The notes under the pieces are model-generated. The model worked only from the letters and a program-made list of their open reading frames with translations. It was not told where the DNA came from and did not search any database. The translations under genes were made by a program, and so were the position numbers. A stretch of DNA of 64,000 bases from Eledone cirrhosa (Eukaryota), in contig OZ024760.1 of assembly GCA_964016885.1 (NCBI GenBank), forward strand, positions 5,394,001 to 5,458,000, written 5' to 3'. Positions 26,201 through 37,542 of this stretch are shown piece by piece. How positions within the stretch are numbered: position 1 is the first letter of the stretch; every line of letters begins with the position of its first letter.

Positions 26201-28380
26201 AGAACTCTCTCTTATAATACAGACCATCACCTCTGCTGTTACTATCACAGTGATATATGTCTGGACAATGTGGGAGAACTCTCTCTTATAATACAGACCA
26301 TCACCTCTGCTGTTACTATCACAGTGATATATGTCTGGACAATGTGGGAGAACTCTCTCTTATAATACAGACCATCACCTCTGCTGTTACTATCACAGTG
26401 ATATATGTCTGGACAATGTGGGAGAACTCTCTCTTATAATACAGACCATCACCTCTGCTGTTACTATCACAGTGATATATGTCTGGACAATGTGGGAGAA
26501 CTCTCTCTTATAATACAGACCATCACCTCTGCTGTTATTATCACAGTGATATATGTCTGGACAATGTGGGAGAACTCTCTCTTATAATACAGACCATCAC
26601 CTCTGCTGTTACTATCACAGTGATATATGTCTGGACAATGTGGGAGAACTCTCTCTTATAATACAGACCATCACCTCTGCTGTTACTATCACAGTGATAT
26701 ATGTCTGGACAATGTGGGAGAACTCTCTCTTATAATACAGACCATCACCTCTGCTGTTATTATCACAGTGATATATGTCTGGACAATGTGGGAGAACTCT
26801 CTCTTATAATACAGACCACTACTGTTACTATCACAGTGATATATGTCTGGACAATGTGGGAGAACTCTCTCTTATAATACAGACCATCACCACTGCTGTT
26901 ACTATCATAGTGATATATGTCTGGACAATGTGGGAGAACTCTCTCTTATAATACAGACCATCACCTCTGCTGTTATTATCACAGTGATATATGTCTGGAC
27001 AATGTGGGAGAACTCTCTCTTATAATACAGACCACTACCACCACTGCTGTTACTATCACAGAGATATATGTCTGGACAATGTGGGAGAACTCTCTCTTAT
27101 AATACAGACCATCACCTCTGCTGTTACTATCACAGTGATATATGTCTGGACAATGTGGGAGAACTCTCTCTTATAATACAGACCATCACCTCTGCTGTTA
27201 CTATCACAGTGATATATGTCTGGACAATGTGGGAGAACTCTCTCTTATAATACAGACCATCACCTCTGCTGTTACTATCACAGTGATATATGTCTGGACA
27301 ATGTGGGAGAACTCTCTCTTATAATACAGACCATCACCTCTGCTGTTACTATCACAGTGATATATGTCTGGACAATGTGGGAGAACTCTCTCTTATAATA
27401 CAGACCATCACCTCTGCTGTTACTATCACAGTGATATATGTCTGGACAATGTGGGAGAACTCTCTCTTATAATACAGACCATCACCTCTGCTGTTACTAT
27501 CACAGTGATATATGTCTGGACAATGTGGGAGAACTCTCTCTTATAATACAGACCATCACCTCTGCTGTTACTATCACAGTGATATATGTCTGGACAATGT
27601 GGGAGAACTCTCTCTTATAATACAGACCATCACCTCTGCTGTTACTATCACAGTGATATATGTCTGGACAATGTGGGAGAACTCTCTCTTATAATACAGA
27701 CCATCACCACTGCTGTTACTATCACAGTGATATATGTCTGGACAATGTGGGAGAACTCTCTCTTATAATACAGACCATCACCTCTGCTGTTACTATCACA
27801 GTGATATATGTCTGGACAATGTGGGAGAACTCTCTCTTATAATACAGACCACTACCACCACTGCTGTTACTATCACAGTGATATATGCCTGAACAATGTG
27901 GGAGAACTCTCTCTTATAATACAGACCATCACCACTGCTGTTACTATCACAGTGATATATGTCTGGACAATGTGGGAGAACTCTCTCTTATAATACAGAC
28001 CACTACCACCACTGCTGTTACTATCACAGTGATATATGCCTGAACAATGTGGGAGAACTCTCTCTTATAATACAGACCACTACCACCACTGCTGTTACTA
28101 TCACAGTGATATATGCCTGAACAATGTGGGAGAACTCTCTTTTATAATACAGACCACCACCACTGCTGTTATTATCACAGTGATATATGTCTGGACAATG
28201 TGGGAGAACTCTCTCTTATAATACAGACCACTACCACCACTGCTGTTACTATCACAGTGATATATGCCTGAACAATGTGGGAGAACTCTCTCTTATAATA
28301 CAGACCACTACCACTGCTGTTACTATCACAGTGATATATGTCTGGGCAATGTGGGAGAACTCTCTCTTATAATACAGACC
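23233..28380 (+). repeat. 74-bp satellite (68/74/77-bp variants), ~69 copies
   Basis: Unit GACCATCACCTCTGCTGTTACTATCACAGTGATATATGTCTGGACAATGTGGGAGAACTCTCTCTTATAATACA. Confidence 0.97.
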
Positions 28381-29600
28381 ACTACCACCACCATCACCAC
28401 CACCATCACTACTACTGCTACCACCACCACCACCACCACCATCACTACCTCTACCACCACCAACACTATCACTACCACCACCACGATCACTATCACCACC
28501 ACCACTACCACCACAGTGATATATGCCTGAACAATGTGGGAGAAGATTCTCCAATAATATACAGACCACCACCACCACCACTATCACAATGATATATATC
28601 TGGACAATAATAAACAGACCACCACCACCACCAACACTGCCACCACCACCACCGCCACCACAATGATATATATCTGGACAATAATAAACAGACCACCACC
28701 ACCACCAACACTGCCACCACCACCACCGCCACCATAATGATATATATCTGGACAATAATAAACAGACCACCACCACCACCATCACTGCCACCACCACCAC
28801 CAACACCATCACTGCCACCACCACCATGATATATATCTGGACAATAATAAACAGACCACTACCACCACCACCAACACCAACACTGCCACCACCACCACCA
28901 TCCACCCCCATCACCATAATGATATATATCTGGACAATAATAAACAGACCACCACCACCACCAACACTGCCACCACCACCACCACCACCACCATAATGAT
29001 ATATATCTGGACAATAATAAACAGACCACCACCAACACCATCACTGCCACCACCACCATGATATATATCTGGACAATAATAAACAGACCACTACCACCAC
29101 CACCAACACCAACACTGCCACCACCACCACCACCACCCCCATCACCATAATGATATATATCTGGACAATAATAAACAGACCACTACCACCACCAACACCA
29201 CCACCACCACCACAATCACCACCACCACCAACACTGCCACCACCACCAACACTGCCACCACCAACACCATCACCACAATCACTATCACCAACACTGCCAC
29301 CACCACCATCACCACCACCACCAACACTGCCACCACCAACACCATCACTGCCATCACCAGCATCACTATCACCACCAACACTGCCATCACCACCACCACC
29401 ACCACCACCACCATCACCACCACCACCAACACTGCCACCACCAACACCATCACTGCCATCACCAGCATCACTATCACCACCACCACCACCACCATCACCA
29501 CTGCCACCACCACCACCACTGCCACCACCACCATCACCACTGCCACCACCACCACCACTATCACAATGATATATACCTGGACAATGTGGGAGAGCACTCT
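28381..29600 (+). repeat. Satellite-derived anchor ATGATATATATCTGGACAATAATAAACAGACC interspersed with expanding (ACC)n
   Basis: Direct reading. Confidence 0.9.
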
Positions 29601-29944
29601 CCACTTTCCAACTTGCAGACCCCCAGGTACTCAGGTACATGTTACCTGATGGTCCCCACAGATAGATCAGACAAGGTGCTGCCCCAGTTAGCGATGGGGG
29701 TCTCACGGTGATACAGTAATTCCAGCATGGGAGAGAGAGGAGGGGTCATTCCTATAGATAGCCAATGGTGTGAACAGCTGATAGAAAGTTTACAGGTTTG
29801 TTATCAATATTGATTTTTTTATCTCTCTTATTTTCGAAAAGTCCAGATATCTATAGATATAGAAATGCCTGCATTAGTGTGTATGTATATATGCACACAC
29901 ATATATACATACACATACACAAAAACATCTACATACATATATGG

Positions 29945-30286
29945 AAGCACATGGCTTAGTGGTTAGAGCATTGGCCTTGCAATCGAAAGGTTGTGAGTTC
30001 AATTCTCAGACCGGGTGATGTGTTGTTTCCTTGAGCAAGACACTTTATTTCACATTGCTCCAGTTTACTCAGCTGTAGAAATGAGATGATAGGGACTGGG
30101 GTCCCTATCATTCCACTGCAAAGTGGCCGTGGAGGTGCCACGGCAAAAAAGCACCCAGCACTCACTGTAAATGAGGTTGGTGTTAGGAAGGGCATCCAGC
30201 TGTAGAAATCAAGCCAGAATCAGTCCCCGTCCCACCCTTGCAAGCAGGGAAAAAGCGAACGTAAAATGAAATGATGAATGATGATG
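29945..30286 (+). mobile_element. Near full-length tRNA-derived CORE-like SINE with RTE 3' tail
   Basis: A box TGGCTTAGTGG, B box GAGTTCAATTC, CCTTGAGCAAGACACTT, tail CCCGTCCCACCCTTGCAAGCAGGGAAAAAGCGAACGTAAAATG nearly identical to the RTE end at 7441-7510. Confidence 0.85.
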
Positions 30287-30801
30287 CCTGTATACACACA
30301 CACACACACACACATATCTACACACATATGTACATGCCTGTATACACACACACACATATGTACATGCCTGTATACACACACACACATATATATATCTGTG
30401 TGTACTAAGAGGATGTGGTTCGGATCTAGCTGTCGTAACGGACAGAGCTCAGCTGATTAGGCCCTGAATCTTTACATATATATACAGGCATATACATATG
30501 TATGTAGATGTTTGAGTGTGTACATATGTGTGTGTGTGTGTGCATGTGTATACATATATATATACATATAGATAGGTAGACATACATTTATATATATATA
30601 TATTTTATTTTTTATTTTTTTATTAAAAATATTTGATACCTTAAATACATAATCTAATCCTATTTTGGGCTTATTTATTTAAAGTTTTGTGTTTAAAACA
30701 AAAAAAAAAATTTAATCCTAAATTCTATAACACCCTTGATTCTCAAAATTCAAATTTTTAATGTGAAATGGAAATTACATCACACAGAACATTCTCTAAG
30801 A

Positions 30802-31189
30802 CAGCGGTCACCAACTGGTGGTCAGTGGACCACTGGTGGTCTGAGAGAAAACTTTGGTGGTCTGCAGAAAAATTTGGACATTTGCAATTTTTATGTTTTA
30901 TTAATAATAAAACAAAAATAATATTTTGTTAAAATATATTTTTTAACACCCCTTAAAAATGTTTCTCCTCAGTAAAGAACTAACATCCACAAAAGATCCT
31001 ACACATATGTATCATCTATCGACAATATGACACACGTACGCTTCAGTATTGTTTAATAAAATGGAAGTTCTCTGATCTTTATTTTACAAATGTATTTATC
31101 TTTTTAAAAAAAAATTCATATTAGTGGTCAGTGAGATTTAAAATTATGAATTTAGTGGTCTGTGAGGTCTGAACGGTTGGCAACCGATG
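30802..31189. mobile_element. hAT-like MITE
   Basis: TIRs CAGCGGTCACCAAC / GTTGGCAACCGATG; 8-bp TSD CTCTAAGA / GTCTAAGA. Confidence 0.7.
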
Positions 31190-31347
31190 GTCTAAGATAC
31201 TTGAGATGCAAGAAATTGCCTTAAAAATATATTTTATTGGTATGACCTGCTTGGACTTCATCATCATCATCATCATCATCATCATATGAGAGTGGGCTGA
31301 CTATGGAGGAGTCATGCTAGAGTTCTGAAATCTTGCAGGCATCATCA

Positions 31348-31850
31348 TACGAGGGTGGGCTGAAAAGTTCATAGGGTGACTATGAAGGAGTGATGCTAGA
31401 GCTGTGAAAGCTTGCATGCAGTAATTTCAACTCTTCTTATTAATAGCTGCATTGTTTCTTTCCAGGGACTAATGTTGAAAAATAAACCTCATTTGGTTAT
31501 TCCACGAGAGTATCTTGGTCATTCCATGAACTTCTGACTATGAAGGAGTGATGCTAGAGCTGTGAAATCTTGCATGCAGTAATTTCAACTCTTCTTATTA
31601 ATAACTGCATTGTTTCTTTCCAGGGACTAATGTTGAAAAATAAACCTCATTTGGTTATTCCACGAGAGTATCTTGGTCATTCCATGAACTTCTGACTATG
31701 AAGGAGTGATGCTAGAGCTGTGAAATCTTGCATGCAGTAATTTCAACTCTTCTTATTAATAACTGCATTGTTTCTTTTCGGGGACTATGTTGAAAAATAA
31801 ATCTCATTTGGTCATTCCATGAGAGTATCTTGGTCAACTTATGAAAGTTT
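31348..31850. mobile_element. Mariner-like MITE with three internal tandem units
   Basis: Left end TACGAGGGTGGGCTGAAAAGTTCATAGG; repeated GACTATGAAGGAGTGATGCTAGAGC units. Confidence 0.75.
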
Positions 31851-32159
31851 CAAGAGAAGACAACCATGATCCTCTTTCATTCATTCATTGCAGCTTTTAT
31901 AACCAATTGTGGTCTCTTTGTTGGGGTGGTAGTAGTGGGGTGATGTGTGTGTGTGAGGGGACAGGGGTTAGTCCTAGCCATTGGTGGTGACATTTGGATC
32001 TTATGAAGATGATGATCATCATCGTTTCATGTCTATTTTTCATACTTGATTGGGTTAGACATGTCACATGATGAGGTTAGTCAGGTCAGATAACCACGTC
32101 TTAGTCATATGATCAGTTTTCTTTTTCTTTTGGGGCTTGGCTTTCTATGGCTGGATGCT

Positions 32160-33645
32160 CTCACCTTACAAGGTGGACTGGGTGCTCTTTGTCAAGGTAC
32201 CAGCACTACCACCTTACAGAGTGGACTGGGTGCTCTTTGTCAAGGTACCAGCACTACCACCTTACAGGGTGGACTGGGTGCTCTTTGTCAAGGTACCAGC
32301 ACTACCACCTTATAGGGTGGACTGGGTGCTCTTTGTCAAGGTACCAGCACTACCACCTTACAGGGTGGACTGGGTGCTCTTTGTCAAGGTACCAGCACTA
32401 CCACCTTACAGGGTGGACTGGGTGCTCTTTGTCAAGGTACCAGCACTACCACCTTACAGGGTGGACTGCGTGCTTTGTCATGGTACACCCACTACCACCT
32501 TAAAAGGTGGACTGGGGGATTTTTATGTGGTACCAGCACTACACCCTTATAGGGTAGCTTGGATATTTTTGGTCATGGCACCAGAACTACCATCTTAAAG
32601 AGAGGACTGGTTGTTTTTTTGTCATGTCACCAGTATGGTCACCTTATAGAGTGGACAGGATGTTTTTTGTCATGGCACCAGTACTACCACTTTACAGGGT
32701 GGACTAGGTGGTTTTTGTCATGGCACCAACACTACCACCTTAGAGGGTAGACTGGGTGTTTTTTGTTGTGGCACAAGTATGACCACCTTAGAGGGTGAAC
32801 TGGGGAACTTTTTGACATGGCACCAGCACTACTACATTATAGGGTGGACTGAGTGCTTTTTGTTGTGGCGCAAGTATGACCACCTTAGAGGGTGAACTGG
32901 GAAACTTTTTGACATGGCACCAGCACTACTACATTATAGGGTGGACTGAGTGCTTTTTGTTGTGGCACAATTATGACCACCTTAGAGGGTGAACTGGGAA
33001 ACTTTTTGACATGGCACCAGCACTACTACATTATAGGGTGGACTGGGTGCTTTTTGTTGTGGCACAAGTATGACCACCTTAGAGGGTGAACTGGGAACTT
33101 TTTGACATGGCACCAGCACTACTACATTATAGGGTGGACTGGGTGCTTTTTGTTGTGGCACAAGTATGACCACCTTAGAGGGTGAACTGGGAACTTTTTG
33201 ACATGGCACCAGCACTACTACATTATAGGGTGGACTGGGTGCTTTTTGTTGTGGCACAAGTATGACCACCTTAGAGGGTGAACTGGGAACTTTTTGACAT
33301 GGCACCAGCACTACTACATTATAGGGTGGACTGGGTGCTTTTTGTTGTGGCACAAGTATGACCACCTTAGAGGGTGAACTGGGAACTTTTTGACATGGCA
33401 CCAGCACTACTACATTATAGGGTGGACTGGGTGCTTTTTGTTGTGGCACAAGTATGACCACCTTAGAGGGTGAACGGAACTTTTTGACATGGTACCAGCA
33501 CTATCACATTACAGGGTGGACTGGGTTGTTTTTGTCATGGCAATAGTATGGCCACCTTAGAGGGTTGGCTGGTGCTTTTTGTTGTGGCACTAGCATGGGT
33601 GGATTGGGTACTGTTTTGTTGTGGCGTCAGTATGACCACCTTGTA
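32160..33645 (+). repeat. 48-bp minisatellite (32160-32750) changing to a 96-bp dimeric unit (32750-33480), grown from a SINE body
   Basis: 16-aa and 32-aa periodicity in the ORF track; unit GTGGACTGGGTGCTCTTTGTCAAGGTACCAGCACTACCACCTTACAGG; preceded by SINE tail at 32010-32160 (-). Confidence 0.9.
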
Positions 33646-33839
33646 GTTAGAATTTGAACTCACAGAAGAAAGAGCTGGACAGACAAAATACTGAGAGGTC
33701 TTTCATCTGACAGTCTAACAATTTTCCCTGTGCCTCGACTTTATAAGCTAATACTTTTATTGTATATATGAGCAAGAAAGTGGAAACAGGACAAGACTTT
33801 CACCTGCTGAGACCCTAAACTATAGGAAATTTGATCCCT

Positions 33840-34235
33840 TTGCGATGCTACATGGTAACAAAACATGGGCTGTGACTGCATAGGCTGGAGAGAAATGAAG
33901 CTACCTTGCTTTGATGAATGTGCAATGTAAATGTGAGAGAAAGGCAGAGCCTGGATGAGTTGAGGGAGAAACTGGGTTTAAGAGGAATTTGAAGTGGTGA
34001 TATGCATGGATGTTGATCGATGGGTGAAGAAGTGCCAGGATAATCCCAGGGGGAGGAAGCCGTAGTAGAGGGAGACCAAGGAAGATCTGGGCAGAGGTCG
34101 TAAGAGCTGGTCTCAAATCGCTGAGATTCACATAAGAGTTGACGAAAGAATGGAATGAGTAGAGAAATTCTGTGCTGAAGAGAACCTGTCCAACCCATGC
34201 AAGCATGGAAAAACAGATACGATGATGATGATGAT
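33840..34235 (+). mobile_element. Decayed RTE LINE 3' end, same family as 7441-8297
   Basis: [50 protein letters not shown], (ATG)n; many stops and deletions. Confidence 0.85.
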
Positions 34236-34459
34236 TGCTTAATGTTAACGATAAGAATAAATAATAGGTGGTGCTATTAAGTTAGACATGGCCTGGGCCA
34301 ATACTAGCTGAAACCTATCAAAGCTATAACTTTGTGTAGTAGTGGCGCCCACACACATTATTAGCTATTTGAAAAGATGATGGATTTCGCAACTAACTGC
34401 ACCAGGGTTCCTGTTCCTCAGGGAACCACACTATATGGTATACCTGTTGATATAGGTCC

Positions 34460-34620
34460 AGCCCCTGCTTTCCCGGGTCCTGTTTCTGATCATAATGATC
34501 TCTAGGGATACGGGAATCAGTAGACAGGACCTGGGAGCAGCGATGGGGGACGGGGAATTCTGGGGCATGAGAGTGAGATCCATCATCTCGACAGTAGTCG
34601 AAGAATGATGATGATGATAA
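34460..34620 (+). mobile_element. Short RTE-like 3' end fragment with (ATG)n tail
   Basis: IISRDTGISRQDLGAAMGD..W then (GAT)n; similar fragment at 61570-61755. Confidence 0.45.
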
Positions 34621-35075
34621 CTTTGAATCTTCAACTTCAACATGAAGGCGGTACTGCTGTAGGGATGTGAAACATGGAGGACAACAACGAAGATACAGCA
34701 GAAGACCCAGACATTCTTCAACACCTGACTGAGACACACCTACAACATCAAATGGCCGGTGAAGATTAGAAACGAGGATCTGTGGGAGTGAGCGGTACAG
34801 GAACCAGTGGTAAAGCAGATTCTGAGGAGAGGAAATGGAACTGTATTGGACATACCCTCAGGAAACCAGCATCTAACACCACAGACCAAGTCCTGACCTG
34901 GAACTCGCAGGGTAAGAGGTAGAGGGGCTAGCCCCACGGCAGCTGGAGGTGTGGCACTGAATTAAGCAAACTGGAAGCCAAGTGGAGTGGTAAGAGCAGC
35001 CCAGGGTCATGTACAATGGTGGAGGGTTGTCAATGGCCTATGCTCCACAGAGAGCGATGTGGTTGAATGTATGAA
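34620..35075 (+). mobile_element. Decayed RTE LINE fragment (second RTE family)
   Basis: IFNFNMKAVLL*GCETW, TQTFFNT*LR, IKWPVKIRNEDLWE, IGHTLRKP, LTWNSQGKR. Confidence 0.85.
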
Positions 35076-35343
35076 ATGATATACAATATATAGCCGTACG
35101 GACTGTTTGTTATAATAAATAACCATATTCTGATGAGCTGATATAACCTTTTCATCTACACATATCCAGTTTTTATATTTGAAAACGAATTTCTTTATAT
35201 ATATATCTATGCAAAAGTTATATTTAATTTGTTGGGATTCAACAAGCTTAAAAGTTTTATAACTGATATAAAGTACTCAACAGTCTACTGGAGTAAATAT
35301 TCAATATATTAATAAATGGAAACTATATTTATAAAACCATAAT

Positions 35344-35409
35344 TATTTTATTATATATATTTCAAGGGCAACCAAGGCAAATTTTGGTGCGCTTTCATCA
35401 GATAAAATA
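35344..35409 (-). ncRNA. Type I minimal hammerhead ribozyme (family B), left arm of inverted repeat
   Basis: TATTTTAT-CTGATGA-AAGCGCACCAA..TTGGTTGCCCTT-GAAA-TATATA-TA-ATAAAATA. Confidence 0.8.
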
Positions 35410-35495
35410 CAAAATTTGTTTTATAAATGTTGACATATTCCAACCGTCAAGGTTGTTTTTCCCCAGGTCTGTCAACATTTATAAAACAAATTTTG

Positions 35496-35565
35496 TATTT
35501 TATCTGATGAAAGCGCACCAAAATTTGCCTTGGTTACCCTTGAAATATATATATATAATAACATA
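35496..35565 (+). ncRNA. Type I hammerhead ribozyme (family B), right arm of inverted repeat
   Basis: TATTTTAT 35496, CTGATGA 35504, GAAA 35542, TA-expanded stem III, ATAACATA. Confidence 0.72.
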
Positions 35566-35599
35566 ATTATGGTTTTATAAATATAGTTTCCATTTATTA

Positions 35600-35644
<45 letters not shown>

Positions 35645-35781
35645 ATGTATTTCCGTAGAAAAGGTAAAGGAAAGAAGAGTGCTCCATGTGTAGTACAGAG
35701 CTATTTAATTGCATAATAAACAACACAATATAATTCTTCCATTACCAAAGGTTTCAGGAAACTGGATATCCAAAACATAAC

Positions 35782-35855
35782 TATTTCATCTGATGAGCGT
35801 ACTGGACGTCTTTGTTAGGATCGTCTAGTTTCCTGAAACCTTTGGTAATGGAATA
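35782..35855 (+). ncRNA. Type I hammerhead ribozyme (family C; element ~35650-35875)
   Basis: TATTTCAT-CTGATGA-..ACTGGACG..CGTCTAGT..-GAAA-CC-TTT-GG-TA-ATGGAATA. Confidence 0.78.
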
Positions 35856-36472
35856 ATTATATTGTGTTGTTTATAAAAATATAAATATATATGACGAGGG
35901 GGGGGGGGGGGGTCCGTAGAAAAGGTAAATATAAATATAACATTTTTGATGATTTACTTTTAAAGAATAAAAACTAATGATAAAATGAAATATATGTACT
36001 TCCCTGACATTTGTGTATTATTCTATGTACTATATTGACGAGTTGTAGTGCACCTGAGCACTTTACACAATAATTTCATTATTATTATTATAAATATATA
36101 TAATTTTTGATACGCTCCCGAGAGTGTGTGACCCCAAGCTGTATCTTATTTAGCTTATAGTAAATCCTGCCTGAACTGAGCGGGAAGAACGACAGATAGA
36201 GAGATAGATAAATTATACAGTAGATAACTATGCGGGGAGATAAATATATAGCAGGTAGATAATAAATACATGTTAGATAGATAAGGAGGTGGATAGATAA
36301 CGAGGTGGATAGATAGACAGATAAATAGATAAGTATAGGAAGACAGATAAGTTTTATTCGATTGTATTGTTACATTCAGAAGTTATATTTCGAAATAATA
36401 GGTTTTACCTATTACTAAATTATATACAGTACAACTTTGTAGTGTATATATCAATTAAGAATAGTTTACTAA

Positions 36473-37042
36473 AAGTAGTAGTAGTAGTAGTAGTGATAGT
36501 AGTAGCAGCAGCTGTAGTAGTAATAATAGTAGCAGCAGTAGTAGTGGTGGTAGTAGTAGTAGCAGTAGTAGTGATAGTAGTAGCAGCAGCTGTAGTAGTA
36601 ATAATAGTAGCAGCAGTAGTAGTGGTGGTAGTAGTAGTAGCAGTAGTAGTGATAGTAGTAGCAGCAGCAGCTGTAGTAGTAATAATAGTAGCAGCAGTAG
36701 TAGTGGTAGTAGTAGTAATGATAGTAGTAGTAGCAGCAGTGATAGTAGTAGTAGTAGCAGCAGTAGTAGTAGTGATAGTAGTAGTAGTAGCAGCAGCAGC
36801 AGTAGTAGTAATAATAGTAGCAGCAGTAGTAGTGGTAGTAGTAGTAATGATAGTAGTAGTAGTAATAGTAGTAATAATAATAATAGTAGTAGTAGTAGTG
36901 ATAGTAGTAGTAGTGGTGGTAGTAATAGTGATAGTAGTAGTAGTGGTGGTAGTAATAATAGTAGTGGTGGTGGTAGTAATAGTAGTGGTGGTGGTAGTAA
37001 TAGTAGTAGCAGCAGCAGCAGTAGTGGTGGTGGTAATAGTTA
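36473..37042. repeat. (GTA)n/(GCA)n compound microsatellite
   Basis: Direct reading. Confidence 0.95.
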
Positions 37043-37542
37043 AGGTAAAGAAAAAAACAAACACACACGCGCACAAAGTATCTAAACAATTTCTAAGTTT
37101 TTCAGATTACTTACAATGTTGGTAGTGTACAGGTAAATAATAGTTGTATCTGGGACGGTTTTAGATTACACCTGAGAATAAGATGTAAAATGAACAGTTA
37201 CACGTGACAGTGTCAGGTGAACACAATGACGGCATTTATAAATCGATTGATTTTACCGCCGTCTTACAGCCATCCCATCCACCTTTCCATAACACCGACC
37301 CAGATCAATAAATCACGTTTTTTTTTGCCTAATATAATAATATATTAATGTCATTTTTATATGTATATATCACCATCATCATCATCATCATCACCGTTTT
37401 AAGTCCATTTTTCCACGTTAGCATGGGTTAGACGGGTTGTCCTGTTGTGGGAAATGCTAGGTCAGATGACAATGTCTTGTTCATACAGAACTGATTTTGC
37501 CTTGGTTTCTACAGCTGGATGCCCTTCCTAACGCCAACCTCG

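Noticed and set aside
23233-28380. RSS-like CACAGTG + 12-bp spacer + ACAA in each satellite unit
   Set aside because: Nonamer matches only 4/9, no 23-spacer partner or RAG/Transib ORF; the heptamer is simply the centre of the palindrome TATCACAGTGATA
23186-28592. Dozens of 60-aa Cys/His-rich ORFs (MSGQCGRTLSYNTDHH..)
   Set aside because: Artefact of a 74-bp unit (not a multiple of 3) read through successive frames; no splice or expression evidence
28560-29200. CRISPR-like constant repeat with variable spacers
   Set aside because: Spacers are (ACC)n microsatellite variants, the context is eukaryotic and there are no cas genes
29041-29706. Pro-rich extensin-like / Gly-rich ORFs
   Set aside because: Product of the (ACC)n expansion; both strands are open for trivial compositional reasons
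29619-29795. Possible plus-strand exon (ttgcag ... CAG|gtttgt, 177 nt)
   Set aside because: Stops in all three frames; cannot be supported as coding
29950-30015. tRNA gene (also 620-686 and 61155-61210)
   Set aside because: Only A/B boxes are retained, with no full cloverleaf, and it is followed by SINE body and tail
35130-35185. CTGATGA suggesting another hammerhead (also CTGACGA at ~59409)
   Set aside because: No correctly placed GAAA/stem III/stem I could be paired
36367-37125. Poly-Val/Thr/Tyr mucin-like ORFs
   Set aside because: (GTA)n microsatellite translation
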